Of a DNA stretch of 31,943 bases, positions 1 to 11,900 are shown one piece after another. The position numbers were made by a program, and so were the translations under genes. The notes beneath the pieces were generated by a model. It was not told the DNA's origin, ran no database searches, and saw only the letters and a program-made list of their open reading frames with translations. This DNA is from Macrostomum lignano (taxonomy: Eukaryota): contig NIVC01002799.1 in assembly GCA_002269645.1 (NCBI GenBank), positions 1 through 31,943 of the forward strand. Reading direction: 5' to 3'. Positions within the stretch are counted from its first letter, which is position 1. Every line of letters begins with the position of its first letter.

Positions 1-608
1 AGCACCCAGCAACCCATGACCAGCACCCAGAAACCCATAGACAGCACCCAGCAACCCATGACCAGCACCCAGAAACCCATAGACAGCACCAGCAACCCAT
101 AGCCAGCACCCAGCAACCCATGACCAGCATCCAGCAACCCATGACCAGCACCCAGCAACCCACAGCCAACACCCACCACCCCACAGCCAGTACCCACTGC
201 CCATGCACAGCCAGCACCCACCACCCCACAGCCAGCACCCACCGCCCCACAGCCAGCACCCCCACCCTAAAGCCAGCACCCACCGCCCACAGCCAGCACC
301 ACCGCCCCACAGCCAGCACCACCACCCTAAAGCCAGCACCACCACCCCACAGCCAGCACCACCACCCTACAGCCAGCACCCACACCCTACAGCCAGCACC
401 CCACCCTACAGCCAGCACCCACCACCCACAGCCAGCACCCACCCCCCACAACCAGCACCCACCACCCTACAGCCAGCACCCACCACCCCACAGCCAGCAC
501 CCACCACCCTACAGCCAGCACCCACCACCCACAGCCAGCACCACCACCCTACAGCCAGCACCCACCACCCCACAGCCAGCACCACTACCCACAGCCAACA
601 CCCACCAG
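1..608. repeat. C-rich imperfect minisatellite (about 21-bp units such as cagcacccagcaacccatgac grading into cagcacccaccaccccacagc), probably intronic
   Basis: Tandem units are visible directly. They explain the repetitive N-terminal parts of ORFs 120..818 and 203..880. Confidence 0.9.
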
Positions 609-818
609 CCGAAAACGCCCTCAGTACCGCACTGCAGGTTAAGCAGCGTTTTACTTTCTATCTTTCAGAGAGGTCCTCAGCCGCATGTCCCACAGCATCA
701 GCCGCAGCAGCCCCTGTACCAAAACCAGCACCGACTGCAGCAGCAGCATTGGCAGCCTCCGGTTCCGCCTCCAAGACAGCCCCACAGTCGGTTTTCCACT
801 CACCAGACACTCGTGTAA
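609..818 (+). CDS. Last two coding exons of an unidentified gene (609-637, 669-818) encoding ...ENALSTALQ|RGPQPHVPQHQPQQPLYQNQHRLQQQHWQPPVPPPRQPHSRFSTHQTLV*
   Basis: The sequence has CAG|gttaag at 638 and a pyrimidine tract tttctatctttcag| ending at 668. Removing this phase-0 intron joins the non-repetitive end of ORF 203 to the non-repetitive end of ORF 120. TAA is at 816-818. The 5' part lies outside the window. Confidence 0.55.
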   Translation, partial: PKTPSVPHCRLSSVLLSIFQRGPQPHVPQHQPQQPLYQNQHRLQQQHWQPPVPPPRQPHSRFSTHQTLV

Positions 819-1941
819 TTTGCTACCCGTATGAAGCTGCACTATACTGCAATACGGCATTGCTATTCGCTATTCTTTAATAACTTTCGATATTCCTTTG
901 TACTAATGCAATTTTATTTTATTTATGTTTATCAGCTATTGTAGTCTGTTTGAAACAGCTACTACTTTATATGACTGCTGTGCTTCCGTAAGTTTATTTA
1001 CAGGCCTGCTAACTGCTTACAAGCTTTAGACTGTTAGCTTATCACTTGTTTAAATCCGCCAAATATTTGCTTTATTTTCTGGCATTTCCGCGTCACATCC
1101 GTCACAAAGGGCGGGGTGTCGAACTAGTACAAATACAGTACGGAATTCCCATTTTTAAAACGTGAATTACGTAGAATTTTTATTCACATACATAATCTCA
1201 CAATTTCATCCTAATAACTCTACTGTGAGTAGACTGCTTTAGAAAATTGTGACCCATTTTAAAGCGCGACCGAAATTACTACTGTTTAAAGAGATTTTCT
1301 ATTTATAAATATTTAACAGCGGGTGCCGATTCCGTGATTCAAATCTTTAGTTTCTGTCATGTTGCATTGTTCTTCGCTTCGCGTTTTTTCATTGCCATAC
1401 TTTTCTGCCTTTTTACGCATTTTAATGCCAAATTTAGTTTTGAGAGATGCTGGGTCGCCATACTGAATACTGAATATATTTACACGTACGCTACAATCAT
1501 GACAGAAACATTGCAAACATAGTTAAGTATTGTATATTTTTGTATTAAGATTTACTTCTCAAATCCTTCTTCCTTAATTGAGGCTTTTGCTGTGAGCAGT
1601 TTTTTATAACTGCAAAAGTTTTTACTCAGTTTTTTGTATCGAATTCCGGCCATTTTAGCGGCTGGCTGTTTGCTCAACTGAGACCTCTGTCACTGCCTGT
1701 GCGCTGAATGACAATATAATCGTATCGGCACATCTATGGCAGTGGCTATTTATTAATCCCTAATTTTCTCTGTTCATCGTGGTCTTTAATAACTATGCAT
1801 TACGTAATAAGAGTTTATTTTTTCGACAAGAACTCATTTATTTATCGCCCGATGCATAGGTAATCGGCTTGAGCTGCTATGACAATTTTTCACAACAAAA
1901 GCGCCTCGGCACCTTGTATCATATAACCAGTGCACCCAGTG

Positions 1942-2637
1942 CAGCCCACAGATGGATTGGGGGAGAGGTGACAGCCCACAGATCGACTGAAGGAGAGGCG
2001 ACAGCCCACAGATCGACTGAAGGAGAGGCGACAGCCCACAGATCGACTGAAGGAGAGGCGACAGCCCACAGATCGACTGAAGGAGAGGCGACAGCCCACA
2101 GATCGACTGAAGGAGAGGCGACAGCCCACAGATCGACTGAAGGAGAGGCGACAGCCCACAGATCGACTGAAGGAGAGGCGACAGCCCACAGATGGATTGG
2201 GGGAGAGGCGACAGCCCACAGATCGACTGAAGGAGAGGCGACAGCCCACAGATCGACTGAAGGAGAGGCGACAGCCCACAGATCGACTGAAGGAGAGGCG
2301 ACAGCCCACAGATCGACTGAAGGAGAGGCGACAGCCCACAGATCGACTGAAGGAGAGGTGACAGCCCACAGATCGACTGAAGGAGAGGCGACAGCCCACA
2401 GATGGATTGGGGGAGAGGCGACAGCCCACAGATCGACTGAAGGAGAGGCGACAGCCCACAGATCGACTGAAGGAGAGGCGACAGCCCACAGATCGACTGA
2501 AGGAGAGGCGACAGCCCACAGATCGACTGAAGGAGAGGCGACAGCCCACAGATCGACTGAAGGAGAGGCGACAGCCCACAGATCGACTGAAGGAGAGGTG
2601 ACAGCCCACAGATGGATTGGGGGAGAGATGACAACTG
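1942..2637. repeat. 30-bp minisatellite (gacagcccacagatcgactgaaggagaggc), about 23 units
   Basis: Near-perfect tandem units with an exact 30-nt period. Confidence 0.97.
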
Positions 2638-2689
2638 CAAGGCAGCCCGAAGACGCAGCGGGGAGGCGAGTGCCGCCCATTCCGCTAGG

Positions 2690-2845
2690 GGGGGGGAGAT
2701 GACAGCCCACAGATGGACTGGGGAGGGGTGACAGCCCCAGGTGGACTGGGGAGGGGTGACAGCCCCAGGTGGACTGGGGAGGGGTGACAGCCCCAGGTGG
2801 ACTGGGGAGGGGTGACAGCCCCAGGTGGACTGGGAGACTGGGACA
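2690..2845. repeat. Related G-rich array of about 29 bp (gacagccccaggtggactggggaggggt), about 5 units
   Basis: Shares the gacagccc...gg...gggaggg core with the adjacent 30-bp array. Confidence 0.85.
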
Positions 2846-3861
2846 ACCCCCCATGTACTGGTGCAAGAGCTGGCAGCTAACAGATGGTCTGGATAAGGGT
2901 AATTTATGTCAGTGTCAGTACATGTATGTCAGTTGAAATTATGAAATTCAATAGTTTTTGAGATACAAAATCATCAAATTATTTATAATCTGGAAACACT
3001 GCTTGCTTGTTAATATTGTACAATTATTATACAATGCCAAAGCGAAAGGCTCGGTTTCTGTAACAAAAATTTACTTGTTACTAAAACCTTTCTAAACTAA
3101 AATGGACAAAGTATAGAGAGTTTGGAAAAGTTTGTAAAACTGAGCGGCTTAAGTCGATTGCAAACTTAAAATAGTTTCGTAATACGATTAATTGTTGCAT
3201 TCTGGCCTGCGGTCAAACGCCTAGAGCCAGAATTAATGCACTGCGCTACTTACAGTAGCATAAATCGAGAGTACAAAATTTCTGTACTATTAAGATACAT
3301 ACAGGAAAGGCTGGATAAAAAAGCAAAAAATCAGGATAAAAATATAGAAAAGCTTTTCCAACAAAATGCGAGGGCTATTGCATATTTTCAGGGATGTAAA
3401 TTATTGGAATTTTTTTAACAAAAAATGCACGTGAATAAAACTCGTATCGCGTTGGATGAAAAGTGATGAAAAACTAGAATGCCGATGTTTAGAAAAAATG
3501 CCTGGGATATTTCTAATAGGCTGCGATTTAAGGGTAAACGGCATGAGTATAAATTGCATATTACCTCGTCAGCTTATTAGCTGACAAAACCTTTCAAAAG
3601 CACGAATCGTCCAGAGTACATAAAGATCGCTCTTTCTAGTCACACTGATGTCGGCGTGAGGTAGATCAGTCCATGGAAGGCAAATGATCGAACAAATAGC
3701 CGTCGTGACCAAGATAGGCCCGAATGACGTAGGTCACATAGTAGACTGCGGGCGGTGAGAGGGCGGTTGGAATAATCAATATCTTTTCAAAAGCACTACC
3801 TTAACTCTAACATAAGTCGGGAGCAGTTACTGGATTGAAAGCTTTAAGTAAAGCACACTCA

Positions 3862-4087
3862 GGGGCAGGGCAGCTCAGCGGTAAACACCATCGGGCTCTC
3901 GCGACCCCTGGTTCGATTCCGTGCTGAAACGCATTCATCTGAGGCTTGGGCACGAAGTTTAGCCGGAAGGTTGTCGTGCGATTCACAAGCCAGGAGGGCC
4001 AACCCCCAAAGCACAGAGAGTGTACATGCCTGACGATTAGACAGTCAGGGCCGCTGTGCACCCTGTGAGAGCGTGTGCATGAGTGCT
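3862..4087 (+). mobile_element. tRNA-derived SINE-like element, copy A
   Basis: A-box-like cagctcagcggtaaa at 3871-3885, B box ggttcgattcc at 3910-3920, and a GT-rich simple tail. Head, body and tail align with the reverse complement of 29232-29420. Confidence 0.8.
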
Positions 4088-5367
4088 ATGCCTGTGTACA
4101 GTATTGGCGCGCTTGCATGTGCTCAGGAGCCAGCGGAATGCGCAGAATTGCCGTCAGCGCTGGTTGTAGAGCCAATGACGCCGAATGGTTGCGCCAGGGT
4201 GCCGTTGCAACTATTGCTATAATATATGTTAATCAAAGACAATAATCAATGTTGCCGAACTCACTTCCCGGGATGAAGATAACGAATCCGCCGGCAACGA
4301 ACACGATGCCAAACAGAGGGTGCGGCTCCGGCACTATGCTTAGCAGACCCGAGGCTATCAGAACTGCGGAAATACCGATTGAAAACACTGCCGATAGCGG
4401 CTGTTGCTTTGCTATTATGACATCCAGAGTGACTCTGGGAGTCACCAGTGCACTTTTGGAGTCAGGGGCGCCACTTTCAGATGGAGTCAGGGGCGCCACT
4501 TTCGGATGGAGTCAGGGGCGCCACTTTGGGAGTCGGGGCGCCACTTTCGGATGGAGTCAGTGGCGCCACTTTGGGAGTCGGGGGCGCCACTTTCGGATGG
4601 AGTCAGTGGCGCCACTTTGGGAGTCGGGGGCGCCACTTTCGGATGGAGTCAGGGGCACCACTTTCGGGTGGAGTCAGGGGCGCCACTTTCGGAGTCGGGG
4701 GCGCCACTTTCGGATGGAGTCAGGGGCGCCACTTTGGGAGTCGGGGGCGCCACTTTCGGATGGAGTCAGGGGCATCACTTTCGGGTGGAGTCAGGGGCGC
4801 CACTTTCGGAGTCGGGGCGCCACTTTCGGATGGAGTCAGTGGCGCCACTTTGGGAGTCGGGGGCGCCACTTTCGGGTGGAGTCAGGGGCACCACTTTCGG
4901 GTGGAGTCAGGGGCGCCACTTTCGGGAGTCGGGGGCGCCACTTTCGGATGGAGTCAGGGGCGCCACTTTCGGGTGGAGTCAAGGGCGCCACTTTGGGAGT
5001 CAGGGGCCCCACTTCTATAGCTACCTACAGCATGTGAACCCTGTCACTATTGCACTAGCTTAACTAACCTGCACCAACTAGGCAGAAAAGTGTGGCTACC
5101 AGAATCAACCTGCTGTGCCGCTGAACTTCGGGGTGCACAAGACAGCTGAAAATTTGGCGCAAGGGAGCAATGGCATGAAAATTATAAACAGTTATCAGTC
5201 ACAGGTATCATACTCGTACCTCGGCCTAATGTGCAGTAGGTAGGCTGTGACAGCCGTGCAACAATTATTGCTGCCGCTGGAACTGCCCTGAGGCTTTTGG
5301 CTGCCCCAACTGTTGGCAGGACTGCCGCTGTTCGAGGTGCCGGGAGAGAGGCCTGTCACAGCTGCAC
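4086..5367 (-). CDS. 3' exons of an unidentified membrane-protein gene (5367-5220, 5145-5069, 4411 or 4400-4265, 4216-4086 or 4123); upstream exons not found
   Basis: GT-AG junctions: CCGAG|gtacga...ttttcag (74 nt), GCAG|gttagt, and GGAA|gtgagt...tattatag (48 nt). One reading is ...HPEVQRHSRLILVATLFCLVGA-AKQQPLSAVFSIGISAVLIASGLLSIVPEPHPLFGIVFVAGGFVIFIPG-TIVATAPWRNHSASLALQPALTAILRIP..., with several hydrophobic segments. The frame of the last two exons is ambiguous. Confidence 0.55.
4446..5010. repeat. GGGGCGCCA-core minisatellite (20-25 bp units, e.g. ggagtcaggggcgccactttcggat), intronic
   Basis: Tandem units are visible and lie between the exons at 5069 and about 4400. Confidence 0.95.
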
Positions 5368-5469
5368 CTGATGGAGCACTGCCGGAGGTGGGGTGGGTGT
5401 TAGTGATACTGATTTCTATTTCTAGAGAATCGTGACAAGACATCCACACTGAGGATCTGAGAATAAGGA

Positions 5470-6160
5470 CATGAGATCCCACACTGAGAATGACAAGAGA
5501 TCCCACACTGAGGATGACAAGAGATCCCATACTGAGGATGACAAGAGATCCCACACTGAGAATGACAAGAGATCCCACACTGAGGATAACAAGAGATCCC
5601 ATACTGAGGATGACAAGAGATCCCACACTGAGAATGACAAGAGATCCCACACTGAGGATGACAAGAGATCCCACACTGAGGATGACAAGAGATCCCATAC
5701 TGAGGATGACAAGAGATCCCACACTGAGGATAACAAGAGATCCCACACTGAGGATGACAAGAGATCCCATACTGAGGATGACAAGAGATCCCATACTGAG
5801 GATGACAAGAGATCCCATACTGAGGATGACAAGAGATCCCATACTGAGGATTACAAGAGATCCCATACTGAGGATGACAAGAGATCCCACACTGAGGATG
5901 ACAAGAGATCCCATACTGAGGATGACAAGAGATCCCACACTGAGGATGACAAGAGATCCCATACTGAGGATGACAAGAGATCCCACACTGAGGATGACAA
6001 GAGATCCCACACTGAGGATGACAAGAGATCCCACACTGAGGATGACAAGAGATCCCACACTGAGGATGACAAGAGATCCCACACTGAGGATGACAAGAGA
6101 TCCTAAACTGAAGGTGACAAGAGATCCCACACTGACAATGACAAGAGATCCAATACTGAT
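5470..6160. repeat. 24-bp minisatellite (actgaggatgacaagagatcccac), about 28 units
   Basis: Exact 24-nt period. It yields repetitive ORFs in several frames on both strands. Confidence 0.97.
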
Positions 6161-8072
6161 GATCATAGAAAAAGAGAGAGGGAGATCTCAAACAGATAAT
6201 TAAAAGATAATCTCAACTCAAACTAATATTTTAAAACTGATTAAATATATAAACAAGTATCACTTACAAAGCAATATCACTTAGTTCCAATGTGTTAGAG
6301 TCTTGCAAACCTTGGTAATTTCTTGCAATGACTGCAGACTGGGCCTAAAACATAATCACAGTTGAGCTTAAGGACTTATATATTTGGCTAAATACATGTA
6401 CCTAGATTAACTATGAAGGATTAAAATATTTGATAAAAAGTTTCAACTTACATTAATATCTTCCACAATATCTTTCATTGTATTAGGCTTATCCATAGCC
6501 ATAGTGCTCAAGCTATAGGTAATGGTTCCTTTGGCTTATTACTAATAGTAATATACTTAGTTTAAAAATTTATTAATGCAAATAAAAATTCATTTTGTTG
6601 CCAAAATATTTTATCATTTCTGAAATGGATATTATAATATTAATTTAATTAAATTAGCCAACCAAAATGCATAGGCCCCTACTTATACTATCCTAAGTGC
6701 ATATAAAAATTATATGGCTTATTGGCTTGAGCCTATATATTGTTTTTATCAGTCTAGGCCTATATTATATATAATTATATATATATATGGGGCTGCACTG
6801 TATTATATATATATATGATTGACTTTATCTTTAAAAATGATCAAATCTATACATAGGCCTACCGAGTGCAAAATTCAAATTTCTAATTTTAAACATGATT
6901 AATTCATTAGCCTTAGGCCTAGTAGCACAAATAGAAATTTGTTAAGGAGGGGGGATTCTAGAAGGTAAGGACCCAAGCCAAGGGGAAGGAGGTGGCTCTA
7001 TTTGCTTGGTCTTCCTTTGATTTTTTAAGTCTCTGCTTTAAGAGGAGGGCAACTGTTTCCTTACCCTTCTAGTTGGACTAATATTAATACTTAGGTTTCT
7101 AATTGCAAAAGGCAAATAATAGTTAGGTCTAGGCCCTAGGCCTAGTCTAAGACTTAGGCCCCCTAGTCTAAGTCTAATTCATAGATTTGTTATAGCATAG
7201 GCATAGCCATATAGGCACTAGTTAGCAAAAGCAATTTGCAAGTATGTCTAAGAGTGTAAGACTAGGCCCTAGGCTTCTATAAGTATAAATTTTCCATATA
7301 TAATATATTACGAGTATTAAGTTCTATTTGCACTCTAGTCTTATATTAGGAAAGCTTTAAAAATTTTCTAGAGTCAAAATAATTTAACAATTGGAACTTG
7401 ACAATTGCTGCCCTGGTTATGCTATTATTATACTATAGTCTATAGAGTATAGTTAGCACTAGCACTGACTAGCTAGCACTGATTAGCTATAGTATACAAA
7501 CCATAGCCTTTGTATACTATAGCTAATGTACTGTAGGTAGGCCTAAGTCCTAAGAAATTAAATAGATCTCTACCCTCTAGACATTGGCCTAAATAGGTGT
7601 AGGCCTATCTTAAAATAATTACTCTTATCCTATTTAAAAAAACTGGCTATACTATACGCCTATACTATACCATAATAAGACAGTGCATTAAAATTACATC
7701 CTAGGGGTCGCCGACGCCCGCCCAACAGGGCTTGGGCTAGGCTAGGAGCCCGCTGGTGTTTAGAATTACCAGCTCAGCTACCCTAGCATGTAGCATAGCA
7801 TGACCATGATCGGCATGATGCGATTACGGTTATCAACTTAATATGAGTAAAATTAGAAACCAAAGCAGTTACGAGCGCTAGTACCCGACTACTCGTATGC
7901 TTAGGCCTATGATGCCTTGTGGAGTTTGTCAGAATTAAGTTCCACTCTCTTAATAAGCTTTGGCTTTGCACGTGTCAGCACGTGAAATTGGCGATTTCTT
8001 GGAACTTTCAGGTTAAAATAGTTCACAGGAAATGTATGTATAAAAAGTATAATTTTGCTGTCCCTCAACACC

Positions 8073-8145
8073 GCCTCTATAGCTCAGTGGCTAGAGCACT
8101 GGTCTAGTAAACCAGGGGTCGGGAGTTCGATCCTCCCTAGAGGCT
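8073..8145 (+). tRNA. tRNA-Thr, anticodon AGT, intronless
   Basis: Acceptor stem GCCTCTA/TAGAGGC, D arm GCTC..GAGC, anticodon arm CTGGT-CT-AGT-AA-ACCAG, T arm GGGAG-TTCGATC-CTCCC, discriminator T, and an oligo-T Pol III terminator at 8149-8153. Confidence 0.95.
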
Positions 8146-8981
8146 CACTTTTTGCCACAAAATAAGTTTGACGCATTCGCCCCATTTTGTTACGGTTTAC
8201 CTTATCTTTGTAAGTTTTTGCACAGAAAAAATCAATGATCGTATATCAGTGTTGCGTATGTAAAAAGAATCAGCAGTGCTTCATAAACACCTACGATGTG
8301 TACGCACTTACATATTTTTCGATACATATCGGTGAGCATGTTTTCAAATTAATTTCAGCGCATGCTAAAAAAATGAATTATTTTGGAACCTGCTGTCAAC
8401 TGCTGTCAGTAAAATAATTAGAATTATTTTATTTATTTTTTAGATGGAATAATCATTGAATTTTTACGCTAAGAGGAAAAACAAGGATTCTTCCTAAATT
8501 GGCATCGCCTTATTTTTTAGTTTTTTTGGTCGATTGCTGTCTTGCGTGCACGTGTGTTCGATCATGTAGACTTCTGGATTCTGGTGTTGGCACGTATGGA
8601 ATGCATGTGTTTTGGGGGGCTGTTCGATTAAAGAAATTACTGTATACCAATTCAAGACTTTTCTCAATTGACATAAATTATAAAACTCACTTCTAAAGAA
8701 GCGCCACTGTCTGTTCGCAAGACTCGCTAGTGTCTATGGCAGGATTCGATTCCGACGCCCGCAAATAAGCTTCCTCACGTATCTACTTATTAAATATATG
8801 CGTTATTAGGAGCATAAGAAGATATTTCCCCTATTTCAGTTTAGCTTATTAAGCGTACGATTCGGGGCTGCAGCTGACTTGCCAATTAGCGCTAATAGCT
8901 GAGCATGCTGACGGACCGCTGACCGAAGTCCTCTATTTGTTTCTCAATCGCCAAAAATTGGCTCCCCCTTCAATCCCCGAC

Positions 8982-11900
8982 ATGAAAAGGAGGAGCATTG
9001 AAATGCGAGACGGGGCTCACCGACAAAGGAAGCTGCCCCCCCTAGTGGAGCTGAACAATCAGCCTGCAGAAGATTGCTGCAACGACGATGCCAGCACCGC
9101 CGCCAGCGCTGTCGTCCTGCACAGGGAGGCGTCGGCGGGCCCCGCCCTGGTCTACACAAACCGTAGCTCCGCCCGAGGCATCTGCTTCAGCTTCTCCCAC
9201 GACTTGGCCGCGTCGGACCTCGATCAGGGGCCGTCGCGTGGAATCGGCTGCGTTAAGAACAGCGACGCCAATAATCACAACCTGAAAATAGACTGGGCCA
9301 ACATGGACAAGAAGGAGTTCATGAAGGTTGTCAGCACGCTTAATATCAACGATCTGTTTGCCGAGGTCGTGTCCGACTCGGTTAGGTACGCCGACGGGGC
9401 TAAGAAATGGCAGATGCCCGAGTACGTGCTGCAGCGGAAGGATCGTCGGATATTCGTTGGTGGTAAGGCCTAATGAGGGAATAAAAGCTCATTGCACTGG
9501 CTTCGGCCAAAGTGACTGATCCAGGCAATTGTGAATTTTTAATTGCTATTATTTACCAGTAGGCTTCAATCAGTTACGAGCACGAGTGTTATAGCAGTCT
9601 GTGGAGAAGATTAAATTGATAATGCTATAAAAACTGACACTTCAGGCCAGGGTTTCGTTCTATTTGTTCGCCGACGCCAGCACTCGTCCAGTCTGGCTAT
9701 GAAAGTGTGCATGCACAGCTCCTGCAAGGCCCGAATGGAGCGTTACCAACTTAAAGCTGATCTGCAAGTCATTGCGCAACGCGAATCGCGTTTTATATCG
9801 CACCTTCTAGTCTATTATATGACTGATAAGTTCTTCATTTCAGTCATGTACAAGGCCAAGCATTCGTCTCTTAAGGTGAGGACTGTGTGGACAGTTGGGG
9901 TCGTGTCTTGGTGTGAGGCCTTGAGGTCGTGTCTTGGTGTGAGGCCTTGAGGTCGTGTCTTGGGGTGAGGCCTTGAGGTCGTGTCTTGGGGTGAGGCCTT
10001 GAGGTCGTGCCTTGGGGTGAGGCCTTGAGGTCGTGCCTTGGGGTGAGGCCTTGAGGTCGTGTCTTGGGGTGAGGCCTTGAGGTCGTGCCTTGGGGTGAGG
10101 CCTTGAGGTTGTGTCTTGGGGTGAGGCCTTGAGGTCGTGTCTTGGGTTGAGGCCTTGAAGTCGCGTCTTGGGGTGAGACATTGAGGTCGAGGTCGTGTCT
10201 TGAGGGTGAGACCTTGAGGTCGTGTCTTGGGGTGAGACCTTGAGGTCGTGTCTTGGGGTGAGGCCTTGAGGTCGTGCCTTGGGGTGAGGCCTTGAGGTCG
10301 TGCCTTGGGGTGAGGCCTTGAGGTCGTGTCTTGGGGTGAGGCCTTGAGGTCGTGCCTTGGGGTGAGGCCTTGAGGTCGTGTCTTGGGTTGAGGCCTTGAG
10401 GTCGCGTCTTGGGGTGAGACATTGAGGTCGAGGTCGTGTCTTGAGGGTGAGACCTTGAGGTCGTGTCTTGGGGTGAGACCTTGAGGTCGTGTCTTGGTGT
10501 GAGGCCTTGAGGTCGTATCTTGGGGTGAGGCCTTGAGGTCGTGTCTTGGGGTGAGGCCTTGAGGTCGTGTCTTGGTGTGAGGCCTTGAGGTCGTATCTTG
10601 GGGTGAGACCTTGAGGTCGTGTCTTGGGGTGAGTCCTTGAGGTCGTGTCTTGGTGTGAGGCCTTGAGGTCGTATCTTGGGGTGAGGCCTTGAGGTCGTGT
10701 CTTGGGGTGAGGCCTTGAGGTCGCGTCTTGGGGTGAGACATTGAGGTCGAGGTCGTGTCTTGAGGGTGAGACCTTGAGGTCGTGTCTTGGGGTGAGACCT
10801 TGAGGTCGTGTCTTGGGGTGAGGCCTTGAGGTCGTGCCTTGGGGTAACGCCTTAAGGTCGTGTCTTGTGTGAGACCTTAGGGTCGTCATGTCTTATGATG
10901 AAGACTGCATGAAGAATTTATGTTGTGTCTTTTGATGAAGACTGTTATTACATTACATTGTTTATTTATATAATAATCTATTTAATTTCGACCATTGCTG
11001 ACAGCTCATGTGACATTATTAAACGACTAATTCCGCCTTTCTGGCAGGTGATCAAACGCGAGGTGGGCATACTGCCATCGCGCTTCATCAAATATTACAT
11101 CTCCTGCATCATCGACGCCGTGTTCAGATTGCACAAGATCAGCATCTGCCACAAGGACATCAAGGCTGACAATGTACTCATCGATCATCGAGGCGTCCCT
11201 CAGCTGGCCGACTTCGGCCTGGCTGTCGAGTGCAAGTCGAATAAAGATGAATATGTGCCTAACCGGCGGGTCACTACCATGCAGTACTATCCGCCCGAGT
11301 GCCTGGTGCTTGGCGGGAAGGTCAACGATTACAAGTGAGACTGCTGGCGCTAGTTGCAGCTTTGCCGTGACGCTTGCAGAAATTTGTCCTCTTGGTGGTT
11401 GTCCATGTCTCTTGGTTGCCCAATTCTCCTGGTTGCCCCTGTCTCTTGGTTGCCCCTGTCTCTTGGTTGCCCCTGTCTCTTGGTTGCCCCTGTCTCTTGG
11501 TTGCCCCTGTCTCTTGGTTGCCCCTGTCTCTTGGTTGCCCCTGTCTCTTGGTTGCCCCTGTCTCTTGGTTGCCCCTGTCTCTTGGTTGCCCTGTCTCTTA
11601 GGTGGGCGCAGACAGAAATCTGCATCCCAGATACTCATAAGGCCCCGTGCTATTTCCTTCATAAGAATTGACGCCTGGCTATTCGGCTTCTTCATCGCCG
11701 AGATCTACATTTCATCGAACTCGCACATGTGGAGCAAGTTTCTCAACTCCGCCAAGCCCGAATGGCGATTCCACCTGTGCGACGCCTGCCACCCCGGGTC
11801 CCAGGACGAGGCCCTGGCCAAACTGTTGAAGTCCCTGCTGCGCCAGGACCCATCGAGCCGGCCTCTGGTCCGCGAGGTTATCCGCTATTCCTACTTTGAG

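Noticed and set aside
1834-2866. Long ORFs on both strands (AHRSTEGEAT and SPLLQSICGL repeats)
   Set aside because: They are translations of a stop-free 30-bp minisatellite, open in several frames at once, with no splice support.
5400-6203. EDDKRSHT, MTRDPTLR and SLVILSVG repeat proteins
   Set aside because: All come from the 24-bp array. Open frames on both strands argue against coding.
8700-8765. B-box-like ggattcgattcc suggesting a second tRNA or SL RNA
   Set aside because: No A box, acceptor stem, cloverleaf or Sm site could be built.
9815-10889. ORFs of 183-349 aa on the minus strand
   Set aside because: They are the 26-bp array inside kinase intron 2.
11599-11665. Acceptor ctcttag at about 11600 for kinase exon 4
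   Set aside because: It leads to an in-frame TGA. The acceptor ending at 11665 restores subdomain IX (DAWLFG).
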